Assembly: GCA_050633305.1 (NCBI GenBank)
Contig: JBOEGF010000042.1
Location: forward strand, 32,001 to 96,000
Direction: 5' to 3'
Length of the DNA: 64,000 bases
Origin: Nannocystales bacterium
Lineage (GTDB): Bacteria > Myxococcota_A > Polyangia > Nannocystales > Nannocystaceae
Numbering within the stretch: the first letter of the stretch is position 1; every line of letters begins with the position of its first letter. The translations under genes were made by a program, and so were the position numbers. Below, in pieces: positions 30,533 through 40,171 of this stretch. The notes under the pieces are model-generated. The model did no database searches and was not told where the DNA came from. It was given only the letters and a program-made list of their open reading frames with translations.

Positions 30533-30629
30533 TGCGCCTCCCAGACGGGGGCTCGCCGCCCAGGGGCGCACGGCGGCCACCACTTTTCTCCAAGAGCGCG
30601 CAGCCCTGCACCGAAGACGGGTCGCTTCG

Positions 30630-32021
30630 CTATTCGCCCCGCACCGAGAGCACACCTTCGGGCCCTGAAAGCACCACCCCGACCTCCGACCCGGACCCTG
30701 CCGCGAGCGCAGCGTCGAACAAGCTCCGGGTGTCGAGGGTCTGGGTGCAGGCTTCGGCGCTCGAGACCCGGAAGACCACAGAGGCCTGACCGAACTCGTC
30801 AACCGACACCAGGTCGCTGAAGCCGTCTCCATCGACATCGGCAACTGCGGTCGAGACGACGGCAGCCTCGTGCAGCACCAAGAGGTCATCAGCCGACGCG
30901 TTGACCCCCAGCATCGCGGTCTCCAGCCCGATCACGCCGTCGAGGGATGGATCGAGCGCAATGAAGTGGCCCAGCCACGCATCGACGAAGACCGACCGAC
31001 TCGCGTTGCCCGTCACGCCAACGGGGAGTTCGCCTTCGTCGAGGAGCGCATCCAGGACCGACTGTCCTTCCTCCGGACCCAGCACCGCAGCAAGGACGTC
31101 GTCCGATTCGGCGAGGTCGAGCGGACCCACCGCAAAGTCGGCGATCGGCTCCGCGGCCCACGTCACGCTCGTCGGGGGTGAGAACGTTCCGTCGCCCAAG
31201 CTCGACGCCTCGAACAAGAGGCCAGAGTCGAGTCGGCTGAGGAGTTGCAACCCGCCGTCGGCGAGGCTGCGAAGCTTGGCCGGACCCCCGGGTCCTTCGA
31301 ACACGACATCGACTCCGGCCGCATAAGACCCGTCCTCTTGTCGCAGCAGCGGGACGACGCGTAGTCCGGCGTCGCCTCGGATGGACACCAGCAGGTCCAG
31401 GTCCGCGTCGCCATCGAGGTTGGCCTGCTCCAGCCCGATCACCTGCTCGGCCTCGCTCAGCACGACCGGAACGGCTTGGGCGGCCGCATCGGCTTCCACC
31501 AACGCCACAGCAACCGGGATGGAGCCCCCGTCGACATCAGCATCGGCCAACACCACCCTCTGCCCCTCGTCGTCGCGGCCCGCAATGCCTACGGCCCTGC
31601 CCGCCCCTGCTCCTTGCCGGACCCAGGCCAACTCCAGTGCAACCTCTTCGGCGCATGGTTGTGGGATCGGGAGGGCCTCGCAATACGACCACGGCTCCCC
31701 TGGATCGACGCACTCCCCGAGTTCGCAGTCCTCATCGCCGTAGCACTCGATGCGATTGTCGGTGTCGCTGTAGTAGTCGGTGTCGTAGTAGCTGTCGCTG
31801 TACGAGTCGTACGAGTCGTACGAGTCCTCGTAGGGGTCGTAGTAGCTGTCGTTTGGAGGGTCCGGTTCGGAGTCGGTGTCGGTCGGGAGAATCACCGTGT
31901 CCGTTCCGTCCGTCTCAGCCCCATCCGTGTCCCCTGGAAGCACCACCGACGGGCCGCAACCTGCCGCAACCACCGCGGTCCCCGCTGCGCCCAGGTTCCA
32001 AAGCCAAGTTTTCAAAGCCAT
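30630..32021 (-). CDS. FG-GAP/VCBS-repeat lipoprotein with Asp/Ser/Tyr-rich linker
   Basis: AAGC lipobox; NLDGDADLDLLV and DVDGDGFSDLV repeats; DSYYDPYEDSYDSYDSYSDSYYDTDYY linker. Confidence 0.8.
   Translation of the reverse strand: MALKTWLWNLGAAGTAVVAAGCGPSVVLPGDTDGAETDGTDTVILPTDTDSEPDPPNDSYYDPYEDSYDSYDSYSDSYYDTDYYSDTDNRIECYGDEDCELGECVDPGEPWSYCEALPIPQPCAEEVALELAWVRQGAGAGRAVGIAGRDDEGQRVVLADADVDGGSIPVAVALVEADAAAQAVPVVLSEAEQVIGLEQANLDGDADLDLLVSIRGDAGLRVVPLLRQEDGSYAAGVDVVFEGPGGPAKLRSLADGGLQLLSRLDSGLLFEASSLGDGTFSPPTSVTWAAEPIADFAVGPLDLAESDDVLAAVLGPEEGQSVLDALLDEGELPVGVTGNASRSVFVDAWLGHFIALDPSLDGVIGLETAMLGVNASADDLLVLHEAAVVSTAVADVDGDGFSDLVSVDEFGQASVVFRVSSAEACTQTLDTRSLFDAALAAGSGSEVGVVLSGPEGVLSVRGE
31800..31826. 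repeat. 9-bp tandem repeat (GTACGAGTC)x3 encoding DSY repeats
   Basis: Three exact copies read directly from the sequence. Confidence 0.85.
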
Positions 32022-32138
32022 GGCTCGCGGTTGTGCATTCTTTGTGCCACGCGCAGCCCCGTTGGATTCCAGGCATCCGGGCGCGAACATCCTCCGTTTC
32101 GCGACACGGATGTCGCAGTCGGAGCGGGATCCGCTGGA

Positions 32139-33101
32139 CTACAGACGGCTTGCCGAAATCGCCGACCAGTCCACGGGGTGGCAGGGCTCGTAGCCCAGCA
32201 CGGTTGCGGCCCGCGCACCGTCGGGTACGCCGCTGAAGTGAAAGCGCCCGGCGTTGAGGTCGTAGCGAAACTGGGTACCGCGTGTCAGCGAACGCAGGCG
32301 GTACAGCGGCCTCAGCAAGGGTCCCGGCACCGGAAGCTCGAGCCTGTGCACCCGCTCGATCACGGCGGACAACGGAAGCGTATCGGCGCCCGGGATGTTG
32401 AAGACCCCCTGCGCGTCACACCGGGTCCCGGACACGAGCGCCTGTACCAAGTCCTCCACGGAAAGCAGGTTGAGCATCGGGTCGAAGCCCATCGGACGCA
32501 TACAAACCCGCGAGCGCAGGTAGTCGAACAGCTGGGACCCGCACTCGGGCGCGATGCACTCCGAGGTCCGGAGGACGGCGATCTGAAGCTCGCACATCCC
32601 CATGCGAGCGCAGACGGTGAGGTCCGCCTCGACCCGGTCCCGGAGCCACTGCGGCGCGCTGGGGGAGAAGTTCAGGGGGTGGTCTTCGGCGAACACGCTG
32701 GGCAGGTCGGTCCGGACGCCGTACACCTCGACGTGGCTGCGAAAGACGAAGCGGCGGATTGTCGGGTGCTGCTCCGCCTGCAACAACAACGATCGTGTGG
32801 ATTCCACGTTGATCGCGTGGACCTTGCTTCCCACATCGGAAGCGCTGCGATGGTGCGCCGCGTGAACGACTGTCTCAATCTCCAGGTCCCGAGCGGGGCC
32901 GTAGAGCAGCTCTCGCACGCCCCGCCCGCGACGAAGGTCCACGCGCTTGTAGGTGAGTCGCGCGTCGGCGGGAAGCTTCGACTGTGCCGCGGGCTCGATA
33001 CCGACTGCGAGAACACGGGCGTCCTTGCTCGACTCCAGCAGGACCTCGACCAACCGTCGCCCCACGGGCGTCGTCGCCCCCGTGACCAGCACCCCAGTCA
33101 C
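32139..33101 (-). CDS. NAD-dependent epimerase/dehydratase family protein (atypical SDR)
   Basis: VLVTGATTPVG, VVHAA, INVEST, GFDPM.NLL, GVFNIPG; ATGA overlap with the acyltransferase gene. Confidence 0.85.
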   Translation of the reverse strand: MTGVLVTGATTPVGRRLVEVLLESSKDARVLAVGIEPAAQSKLPADARLTYKRVDLRRGRGVRELLYGPARDLEIETVVHAAHHRSASDVGSKVHAINVESTRSLLLQAEQHPTIRRFVFRSHVEVYGVRTDLPSVFAEDHPLNFSPSAPQWLRDRVEADLTVCARMGMCELQIAVLRTSECIAPECGSQLFDYLRSRVCMRPMGFDPMLNLLSVEDLVQALVSGTRCDAQGVFNIPGADTLPLSAVIERVHRLELPVPGPLLRPLYRLRSLTRGTQFRYDLNAGRFHFSGVPDGARAATVLGYEPCHPVDWSAISASRL

Positions 33102-33943
33102 GAGAACACCCCTTGGCGCATCCGGAGCCCGCGCTCGATCAACGCTTCAACGGCGTCGTGCACCCGACCTGCCGCCTCACGAAGCACCTCGGGGTCGCTT
33201 GCGCGCTCCGGCGGGTAGTCGTCAAACAGCGCGATGGGCTCCCCGTAGTGCAGGTGAAAGCGCGTCGGCATCGGCAGCGGGGTGGCCGGAACCGGAAGAT
33301 AGGGGACGCCAAACGCCCCCAGCCCCTTGATCTTCATCGCCTGGGGCCACGCCTCCTCGGCACCGATCACGGCGGAGGGCAGGACCAGAGCGCGGTGACG
33401 AATCGCGAGTTCAGCGTGCCCCACGGTCCATCGTTGGAGTTGGTATCGCTTGGCGTACGCCTTGCCGATGCCCCGCACCCCTTCGGGGAAGATCAGCAGA
33501 AGCTCGCCAGCGTCGAGCGCCGCATGCACATTGCCACGGCTGCCCGCGATCATCCCTCCGCGGCAGAAGACCGTGTTGATGAACGGGAGCGCCGGGACGA
33601 AGAAGTCCGCCACCGGTCGGCCAGCTCGAGGCGGGCTCGTGTTCATCAGGATGTCCGACCACAGCATGAACCCGTCGATCGGCAGCGTGCCCGAATGGTT
33701 CGCCACCACGATGGTCGCCCCCGACGTGGGGATATTCTCGGTGCCGTACGACTTGACCCGAAAGTAGTGGTCGTGGAGGTGCCGAAACAGCGACAGACCA
33801 ACCCCGACGCCCTGCGGGCTCATCCCAAAGCGGTCAAAGCCGTGTCCCGCATCGTCGACCTTCACCTTGTCGACGTGCTCTTGCTGCTCCCGTGTCAGGA
33901 CCGACGACATGAGCCGCCGCGCGAGCTTGTTCCGCCACGACAT
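33098..33943 (-). CDS. Lysophospholipid/glycerol acyltransferase (PlsC-like)
   Basis: NHSGTLPID (Hx4D-type motif), IFPEG, GFDRFG, IGAEE. Confidence 0.9.
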   Translation of the reverse strand: MSWRNKLARRLMSSVLTREQQEHVDKVKVDDAGHGFDRFGMSPQGVGVGLSLFRHLHDHYFRVKSYGTENIPTSGATIVVANHSGTLPIDGFMLWSDILMNTSPPRAGRPVADFFVPALPFINTVFCRGGMIAGSRGNVHAALDAGELLLIFPEGVRGIGKAYAKRYQLQRWTVGHAELAIRHRALVLPSAVIGAEEAWPQAMKIKGLGAFGVPYLPVPATPLPMPTRFHLHYGEPIALFDDYPPERASDPEVLREAAGRVHDAVEALIERGLRMRQGVFS

Positions 33944-34054
33944 GAGCAACGATGCCACCACGAAACGGCGCCGCACCCCGCGAAAATGCTGCGTTCAAGT
34001 GGCGTCAGCCGCATCCACAACCCGCGCCCGCCAGGGCGAACACGAGGCCTCGCT

Positions 34055-34864
34055 TCATGCGACCGCGCCGCCCAACAACCCCTCGATCACGCGCACGACC
34101 TCCGCGCGCTTCCCCGCGTCCAGGGCATCGGGATGCGGCGGCCCGAAGCGCTTCGCGTCGTTGTCGTAGTACTTGCCCGAAACGTCCGAAAACTCGTCGG
34201 AGAGCGACGCGCGTACGAGGATGTCCGCGCCGATCGAGATGTCGTTGCCATCCACACCGAACCCCGACTTGACCATCTTGGTACCGAGCAAGGACGCAGG
34301 GTTGACGGCCACGACCACCGGTCCTTCCGGCCCGAGTTCATCGGCAAGCTGGCGCGACCACATCGTGATCGCGAGTTTGCTCTGTGCATAGGCCTCCATG
34401 TCGGTCAGCGACCCCCGTCCGGCCATGGCTTCGAGGCTCACCGGCGCCTGCGCTGCCGAGGAGAGGTTGACCACGCGCGCGCGACCGTTCATCAGGCCAA
34501 GCAAGCGCCTCGTCAACAGGTAGGGCGCGAGTGTGTTCACCACAAAACGGAGGTCGAGCCCCGCTGCGGTGGTCGTCGAGGGCGCCTTGAGGACCCCCGC
34601 GTTGTTGATGAGGACATCGAGCTGCTGGTGCTTGTCGATGACAGCCTTCGCCATCGCCTCGACCGCCTCGAGGTTGGAGAGGTCCGCCACGTAGCTCTCG
34701 GCCGCCTCGGCACCGGGCACCTCGGCCAGGTCCGCGACAACCTTCGCAAGTTTGTCCGGGTTGCGACCGTGCAGCAGCAGGTGGTGTCCGTCAGCCGCGA
34801 GCATGCGGGCCGTCTGTAGCCCGATACCGTCGGTCGCTCCGGTGAGGAGGATCGTCTTCTTCAT
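34055..34864 (-). CDS. Short-chain dehydrogenase/reductase
   Basis: TGATDGIG, NNAG, NLSS, YAQSK. Confidence 0.93.
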   Translation of the reverse strand: MKKTILLTGATDGIGLQTARMLAADGHHLLLHGRNPDKLAKVVADLAEVPGAEAAESYVADLSNLEAVEAMAKAVIDKHQQLDVLINNAGVLKAPSTTTAAGLDLRFVVNTLAPYLLTRRLLGLMNGRARVVNLSSAAQAPVSLEAMAGRGSLTDMEAYAQSKLAITMWSRQLADELGPEGPVVVAVNPASLLGTKMVKSGFGVDGNDISIGADILVRASLSDEFSDVSGKYYDNDAKRFGPPHPDALDAGKRAEVVRVIEGLLGGAVA

Positions 34865-34882
34865 GGTGATGTCCTGGTCTCG

Positions 34883-35851
34883 TCAGGTTGAGAATTCGGG
34901 CAGGAGTTCGTCTGCCAGGCACAGCAGTGTGCTTTGCATGTCCGCTCGGTTGAATCGGAGGTTCAGCGCGACGTGGTTGACGCCGACCAACTCGAGGCGC
35001 TGTAGATGCGATCGCAGGCTCGCGACGCCGGTGCGAAGCCCGAGATGGATCGGCTGGGCAGGGGCTTCCGGGTCCTCCAACAAGTCGACGTACAGCGGTT
35101 GCATCACCGGCCGGCCCGGACCCCCGTTCGCTTGGATCCGACCGCGCCAGTCATCGATGATCCCCGCCTGCGCGGAAGGTGTACGCGGGTACAGCATCCA
35201 CCCGTCGCCGTTGCTCGCGAGCCACGCCGGGTCCTGCTGGCTCCCTCCGGTGATCAGCAGGGGGAGCCTGCCCGAGGCCGGCTTGGGCAGCATGTCGATG
35301 TCGCCGGCGGGGCTCCCGAACACGTTCTCAAACGCCGGGACCTTCTCTCCCATGCGCTGAATGTACGAAAAGCTCTCTCGAAACAGGTCGCCGCGCTGCC
35401 CGAACGGGACGCCCAGCGCCGGATACTCCTGCGGTCGGTCGCCCGAGGCGACGCCCAGGATCACCCGCCCCCCCGAGAGCACATCTGCGCTGGCGGCCGC
35501 CTTGGCGACATGGGCGGGGTGGCGTAGCGGCAGAACGACGCTGGCCGCACCCAACGCGATCTGTTCGGTGTGCGCCGCGAGAAAGCCCAAGTAGACGAAC
35601 GGGTCGAAGAGCTGCCCAGCATCCCCAAACAACGGGACGTTGAACGGAACGTCTCGCAACCACAGTGCGGAAAACCCCAACGTGTCGGCCAACCGCGCCC
35701 GTGCGAGGTGATGCTCCATCGTCGGCACCGGGCCTGCGTCGTACCGCTCCAGCGGCAGGACCAACCCAAGACTGAGACGCCCGGGATGAAAGACCGAGTT
35801 GTAGCCTCGGTTGATCGCCCGGAAGCCGGGAAGCTGCAGCTTCTTGCTCAT
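34883..35851 (-). CDS. Luciferase-like (LLM class) flavin oxidoreductase
   Basis: GFSALWLRDVPF, DAGQLFDPFVYLG, LPLRHP.HVAKAAAS.D.LSGGR, ASGDRP.EYP. Confidence 0.92.
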   Translation of the reverse strand: MSKKLQLPGFRAINRGYNSVFHPGRLSLGLVLPLERYDAGPVPTMEHHLARARLADTLGFSALWLRDVPFNVPLFGDAGQLFDPFVYLGFLAAHTEQIALGAASVVLPLRHPAHVAKAAASADVLSGGRVILGVASGDRPQEYPALGVPFGQRGDLFRESFSYIQRMGEKVPAFENVFGSPAGDIDMLPKPASGRLPLLITGGSQQDPAWLASNGDGWMLYPRTPSAQAGIIDDWRGRIQANGGPGRPVMQPLYVDLLEDPEAPAQPIHLGLRTGVASLRSHLQRLELVGVNHVALNLRFNRADMQSTLLCLADELLPEFST

Positions 35852-35855
35852 GGCC

Positions 35856-36869
35856 TTACTCGCCAAACCCCGCGAGCACGGCCTTGCCTCGGCCACCGCC
35901 CTTCTCGAGCAACGCGTGTCCGCGGCGGAGGTTCTCGGCGCTGATCGGTCCCAACAGCTGGGTCATCGTCGTACGCAGGACCCCTGCGTCGACAAGACCC
36001 GCCACCTCGGCAAGGAGTCTTCCCTGCGCGTTCATGTCGGGTGTGTTGAACATGGACCGCGTGAACATGAGCTCCCAGTGCAGCGAAAGGCTGCGCAGCT
36101 TCATCGGCGAGATGTCGAGCGAAGGAGGGTCATCGATCAGCGCAAGGTGACCGAAGGGCGCCAACAACTCGACGAACTGCGGGAAGTAGACGTCGGTGTG
36201 GGTCAAGCTCGCCACGTGGGTGACCGCCGGAATGCCCAGTTCGGCCAACTGCGGCCCAAGTGGCTCGTGATAGTCGACCACGTGGTGTGCGCCCAGGCTC
36301 GTCACCCACGCGCGACTCTCCGCCCGGCCCGCAGTCGCGACAACGGTGACCCCGGTCAAGCGCGAGGCGAGCTGCAGCAGGATCGAGCCCACACCCCCCG
36401 CCGCTCCCGAGACCAGAAGCACCTGGCCCGTCGGGGTTTTCCCCGGTTTGATCGCGAGGCGTTCGAAGAGGAGCTCCCACGCGGTGATGGCGGTCAGGGG
36501 CAACGCCGCCGCCTCCGCATCGGAGAGCGAGGTTGGGGCTCGCGACACGATGCGCGCATCCACGCACTGAAGCTCGGCGTTGGACCCCGCTCGGTTCAGG
36601 TCCCCCGCGTACCAAACCCGATCGCCGGGCTCGAAGCCCTTCACCGATGCGCCCACCGACACGACCTCACCGACCGCATCCCACCCGAGCACCCGAGGCG
36701 TCTGCGGGGTCACCCCTTGCCGGATCTTGTAGTCCACAGGGTTGACGGAGACCGCTCCCACACGAACCAGGAGGTCATCGGGCCCGGGCTTCGGGTCCGG
36801 GAGCTGCATCTCGAACAGCGATTCGGGGTGTTCAATCTGCTGCGGCTCTTTGTAAACGATGGCTTTCAT
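35856..36869 (-). CDS. Zinc-binding alcohol dehydrogenase family (quinone oxidoreductase-like)
   Basis: SVNPVDYK, LGWDA.G, PLTAITAWELLF, GAAGGVGS, HWELMFTRS. Confidence 0.93.
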   Translation of the reverse strand: MKAIVYKEPQQIEHPESLFEMQLPDPKPGPDDLLVRVGAVSVNPVDYKIRQGVTPQTPRVLGWDAVGEVVSVGASVKGFEPGDRVWYAGDLNRAGSNAELQCVDARIVSRAPTSLSDAEAAALPLTAITAWELLFERLAIKPGKTPTGQVLLVSGAAGGVGSILLQLASRLTGVTVVATAGRAESRAWVTSLGAHHVVDYHEPLGPQLAELGIPAVTHVASLTHTDVYFPQFVELLAPFGHLALIDDPPSLDISPMKLRSLSLHWELMFTRSMFNTPDMNAQGRLLAEVAGLVDAGVLRTTMTQLLGPISAENLRRGHALLEKGGGRGKAVLAGFGE

Positions 36870-36944
36870 GGCGGGCTCCGTTGTTTCGCGTTCTTTGTAG
36901 GACTCGGTTGGGCCTCGGGACAGCCAGAGTCGCTTGCAAGTCTT

Positions 36945-36959
36945 TCAACGGATGATTGA
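36945..36959. promoter_or_regulatory. Candidate LysR operator TCAA-N7-TTGA
   Basis: Inverted repeat in the AT-rich patch between the LysR gene and its divergent oxidoreductase operon. Confidence 0.4.
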
Positions 36960-36969
36960 TAATCGTCCG

Positions 36970-37896
36970 GTGAAGGTCCACGAGATGGAGCTGCTGGTTC
37001 GGGTTGCGCAGACAGGCTCCATGACGCTCGCGGCGCGGCAGCTGCACCTCACCCCCGCGGCCGTCAGTGCTGCGGTGCAACGGATCGAGAACGCGATCGG
37101 TGTGCGTCTCTTCGAGCGTACGACCCGGTCTCTGCACCCCACGGATGAAGGACGCGTCGTCGTTGAAGGGTGCAAGGAGGTGGCGGATGTGTGGCAACGG
37201 ACGCTCGATGACGCCCGCGGCCGACGGACCGAACTCGAAGGCGTGGTGCACATCTCGGCGCCGGCGGATACGACCTACGAGGTCCTCGAGTCGCTCACGG
37301 CCGAGCTGTGCCGCGCGCACCCCAAGTTGCAGGTGGTCCTGCATACCGGCGACGCCATCCACCATCTGCAACGCGATGCGATCGACATGGCGATCCGCTA
37401 TGGGCCGCTGCAGGACAGCACCCTCACCGCGCGAAAGCTGGCGAAGGTTCCGAACGTGCTGGTCGCCTCGCCCGAGTACCTCGAGACCCGAGGAAGCCCG
37501 AGCACTCCCGAAGAGCTGCCGGAGCACCGCTGCTTGACGTTGCAGCTCTCGAGCGTCCCGGTGCTGTCGTGGCAGCTCCACCGCGAGGACGAAGTGCACA
37601 GTATCGAGTTGGTCAGCCCCTTGTGCGGCGACGGGTACCTCGCTCGTCGGTGGGCCGTCGCGGGAATGGGCATCGCGCTCAAGAGCCTCTTCGACGTCAT
37701 CGACGACCTGGAGTCCGGTCGGTTACTCCAGGTTCTTCCCGACTACATCGGCGACTCGATGCCGATTCACGCGGTCTTCCCCAGCCGCCGTTTCCAACGC
37801 GCCCGGGTTCGAGCTCTGTACGCAGCGATCGCACCGCACTTCGAACGACGGGTCGCCCGATGTACGGCGTGGCGGTCGCGCTCCCTGACTTCGTAG
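36970..37896 (+). CDS. LysR family transcriptional regulator
   Basis: GSMTLAARQLHLTPAAVSAAVQRIE, LFERTTRSL.PTDEG, ASPEYL...G.P..PEEL. Start uncertain. Confidence 0.93.
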   Translation: MKVHEMELLVRVAQTGSMTLAARQLHLTPAAVSAAVQRIENAIGVRLFERTTRSLHPTDEGRVVVEGCKEVADVWQRTLDDARGRRTELEGVVHISAPADTTYEVLESLTAELCRAHPKLQVVLHTGDAIHHLQRDAIDMAIRYGPLQDSTLTARKLAKVPNVLVASPEYLETRGSPSTPEELPEHRCLTLQLSSVPVLSWQLHREDEVHSIELVSPLCGDGYLARRWAVAGMGIALKSLFDVIDDLESGRLLQVLPDYIGDSMPIHAVFPSRRFQRARVRALYAAIAPHFERRVARCTAWRSRSLTS

Positions 37897-37980
37897 TCGC
37901 GCCGGGTGGCTTTCTCCCGGCACGACCGGGAACTCTCAGGACGGCTCGTTGTCGTACGACCGCGGCTCGCAGCCTCCCCC

Positions 37981-40086
37981 ATGTCCACACTCGCATTGTC
38001 CCTAGTTCTCTGTATGGCCGCACCGACGAAGTCGGCCAAGGTTCTGCCACTGAGTCGTTTGCGCCTCTACGAGACGGGCGTGGGGTACTTCGAACGCCGC
38101 GGTCGGGTGAACAAGAACGACCGGCTCGCCCTTCCCGTCCCCACGGCGCACTTGGACGACGCACTCAAGACTCTCGTGGTCCTCGATGGCGGAACCGGGG
38201 CCCGGGTGGGTGGCATCGCGTTCTCCACCGCGGTCAGTGAGGGGATGGCGCGTGCCATGGCGGGGCTCCCGGACGAATCCGACGGAGTCGGGTATTCCGA
38301 CCTCCTGCATAGCCTCGAAGGCACCAGGGTCATCGTGAGCGCAGCCGGGGGCAAGGTGACGGGCAGATTGATCGATGTTGAAGGACCGTTTGGCGAACGC
38401 GCGCCGCGGGAGGGAGAAGCGCCCCCCAAGGGTCCACCGCCAGCGCCGGAGTACAATCTTCTTGTCCTCGGCAACGACGGAAGCCTGCGCCGCCTGTCGA
38501 CCAAGGACATCTCCGGCGTTCAGCCAGCCGAGTCTGCAGCGGCGGACCGATTGGATGTCGCTGCGGAAGCGCTGTCGGACCACACTGCCCGAACAACCCA
38601 GAAGCTCGGCGTACGCGTCGAAGCTGGCGGCAAACTCGGGTTGGGCTACGTCGCCGAGTCGCCGGTCTGGCGGACGAGCTACCGCGTCGTCCTTGGGACC
38701 GGGGACAAACGTGGCGCGCTGCAAGGGTGGGCGCTGGTACACAACGATACCGACGAGGACTGGAAGAACGTCGACATCGAGCTGGTCAACGGTCGCCCCG
38801 CCTCGTTCCTGTTCCCGTTGGCAGCCCCTCGCTACGCACGGCGCGAACTCATCGAGCCGCAGGAGCAGCTCTCGACCGTCCCACAGCTGGCCAAGACGAC
38901 CCCGGATCGGATGTGGCTCGACGGAGAGCTCGGCGAGAGCTTCGGCATCGGTGGTCTCGGCATGGTCGGCACGGGGCGCGGCGGAGGTGGGAGCTCAGAG
39001 GGAACGATCGCCCTAGGCAACGTGGGCATCACGGGCAAGGGCGGTGGTTTCGGGAGCGTGGGGATCGGCGACTTGGCCGAACTCACCCAGGCCAACACGG
39101 AAGCCCAAGGCGCGCTCTTCGTCTATGGCGTCTCCGACCCGGTCGACCTCCAGGCACATCACTCGGCCTTGTTGCCGATCGTATCCGAGGACATCGAGGC
39201 CGAGTCGATCACGTGGTTCTCGCGGGGCGAGCACGACGGCCTCACGAGCGTGCGACTGGTCAACACCACCAAGCAGACGCTCCCCGGCGGCACGGTGTCG
39301 TTCTTCTCCGCTGGCGGGTTTGTCGGGGAGACGATGCTGAGTCGGCTGGGTCCGGGCGAGCGCCGATTCGTGGTCTACGGCGCAGAGCTCGACGTCGAGC
39401 TCTCGCGAAACACCACCGCGGTGGGCGAGTCGACGAAGGACGTGAGGTACACCGGGGAAGAGCTGCGGGAGTTGTATGTGGCCCGCTCCGACGTACACCT
39501 CAACGTCGACAACCGCAGCCGCCGCTCGCAGCGAGTCTACGTAGGCTTGGACATCTCTCGGAATTCGAAGTTGTCCGCACTCGATCAGGACATCGAGCTC
39601 GACTACGATCTGCAGTCCGGGACCCCGCTGGTCGCCATGACCGTGCCCGCCGGAGAGGCGGGCGTTCATGTCGTCCGTTCGGAGACCGCGGGGTCTCGCA
39701 CGCACGCGGTCAATGCGGCCTCGCTGGACGCGCTCTCAAAACGCGAAGGTGTCCCAAGCGCCGACCGGAAAATCCTGTTGGACGCATTGGCCTTTCATCA
39801 GACTGCGGACCGCCATCGCGCCGCGGCAGAGCAGGCCAAGCAGAAGCTGGACGATGCAACCGCGGACTTGCTGCGCATTCGCGAGGACCTCACCGCGCTC
39901 GGGGACGCTGGGGTACGGGGTCGTCTCCGCGACAAGCTCAGCCGCCAAATCCTCGAGAAAGAGACAGCGATCGTCGAACTTCGTACACAACGCCGCGCGT
40001 CCTTCCGTGCGATGAGAACAGCGAGCCGCCAGGCCGGCGAGGCGCTTCAGGGTCTCGAGACACAACAAAGCGCCACCGAACCCTGA
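37981..40086 (+). CDS. Secreted DUF4139-like protein with C-terminal coiled coil
   Basis: LYETGVGYFER, LDDALKTL, W.TSYR, QGWALVHNDTDEDW..V...LVNGRP.SF. Confidence 0.8.
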   Translation: MSTLALSLVLCMAAPTKSAKVLPLSRLRLYETGVGYFERRGRVNKNDRLALPVPTAHLDDALKTLVVLDGGTGARVGGIAFSTAVSEGMARAMAGLPDESDGVGYSDLLHSLEGTRVIVSAAGGKVTGRLIDVEGPFGERAPREGEAPPKGPPPAPEYNLLVLGNDGSLRRLSTKDISGVQPAESAAADRLDVAAEALSDHTARTTQKLGVRVEAGGKLGLGYVAESPVWRTSYRVVLGTGDKRGALQGWALVHNDTDEDWKNVDIELVNGRPASFLFPLAAPRYARRELIEPQEQLSTVPQLAKTTPDRMWLDGELGESFGIGGLGMVGTGRGGGGSSEGTIALGNVGITGKGGGFGSVGIGDLAELTQANTEAQGALFVYGVSDPVDLQAHHSALLPIVSEDIEAESITWFSRGEHDGLTSVRLVNTTKQTLPGGTVSFFSAGGFVGETMLSRLGPGERRFVVYGAELDVELSRNTTAVGESTKDVRYTGEELRELYVARSDVHLNVDNRSRRSQRVYVGLDISRNSKLSALDQDIELDYDLQSGTPLVAMTVPAGEAGVHVVRSETAGSRTHAVNAASLDALSKREGVPSADRKILLDALAFHQTADRHRAAAEQAKQKLDDATADLLRIREDLTALGDAGVRGRLRDKLSRQILEKETAIVELRTQRRASFRAMRTASRQAGEALQGLETQQSATEP

Positions 40087-40142
40087 CGCCATCCGGCCCC
40101 CCGGTTCAGCAATCGTGCCAGTGGCGCATCTTCTCATTCCGG

Positions 40143-40162
40143 GAAAGTCAGAATAGACTTTC
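40143..40162. promoter_or_regulatory. Perfect inverted repeat GAAAGTC-N6-GACTTTC upstream of the STAS/SEC14-like gene
   Basis: Read directly; ends 10 bp before ATG 40172. Confidence 0.45.
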
Positions 40163-40171
40163 GATGGGTCT

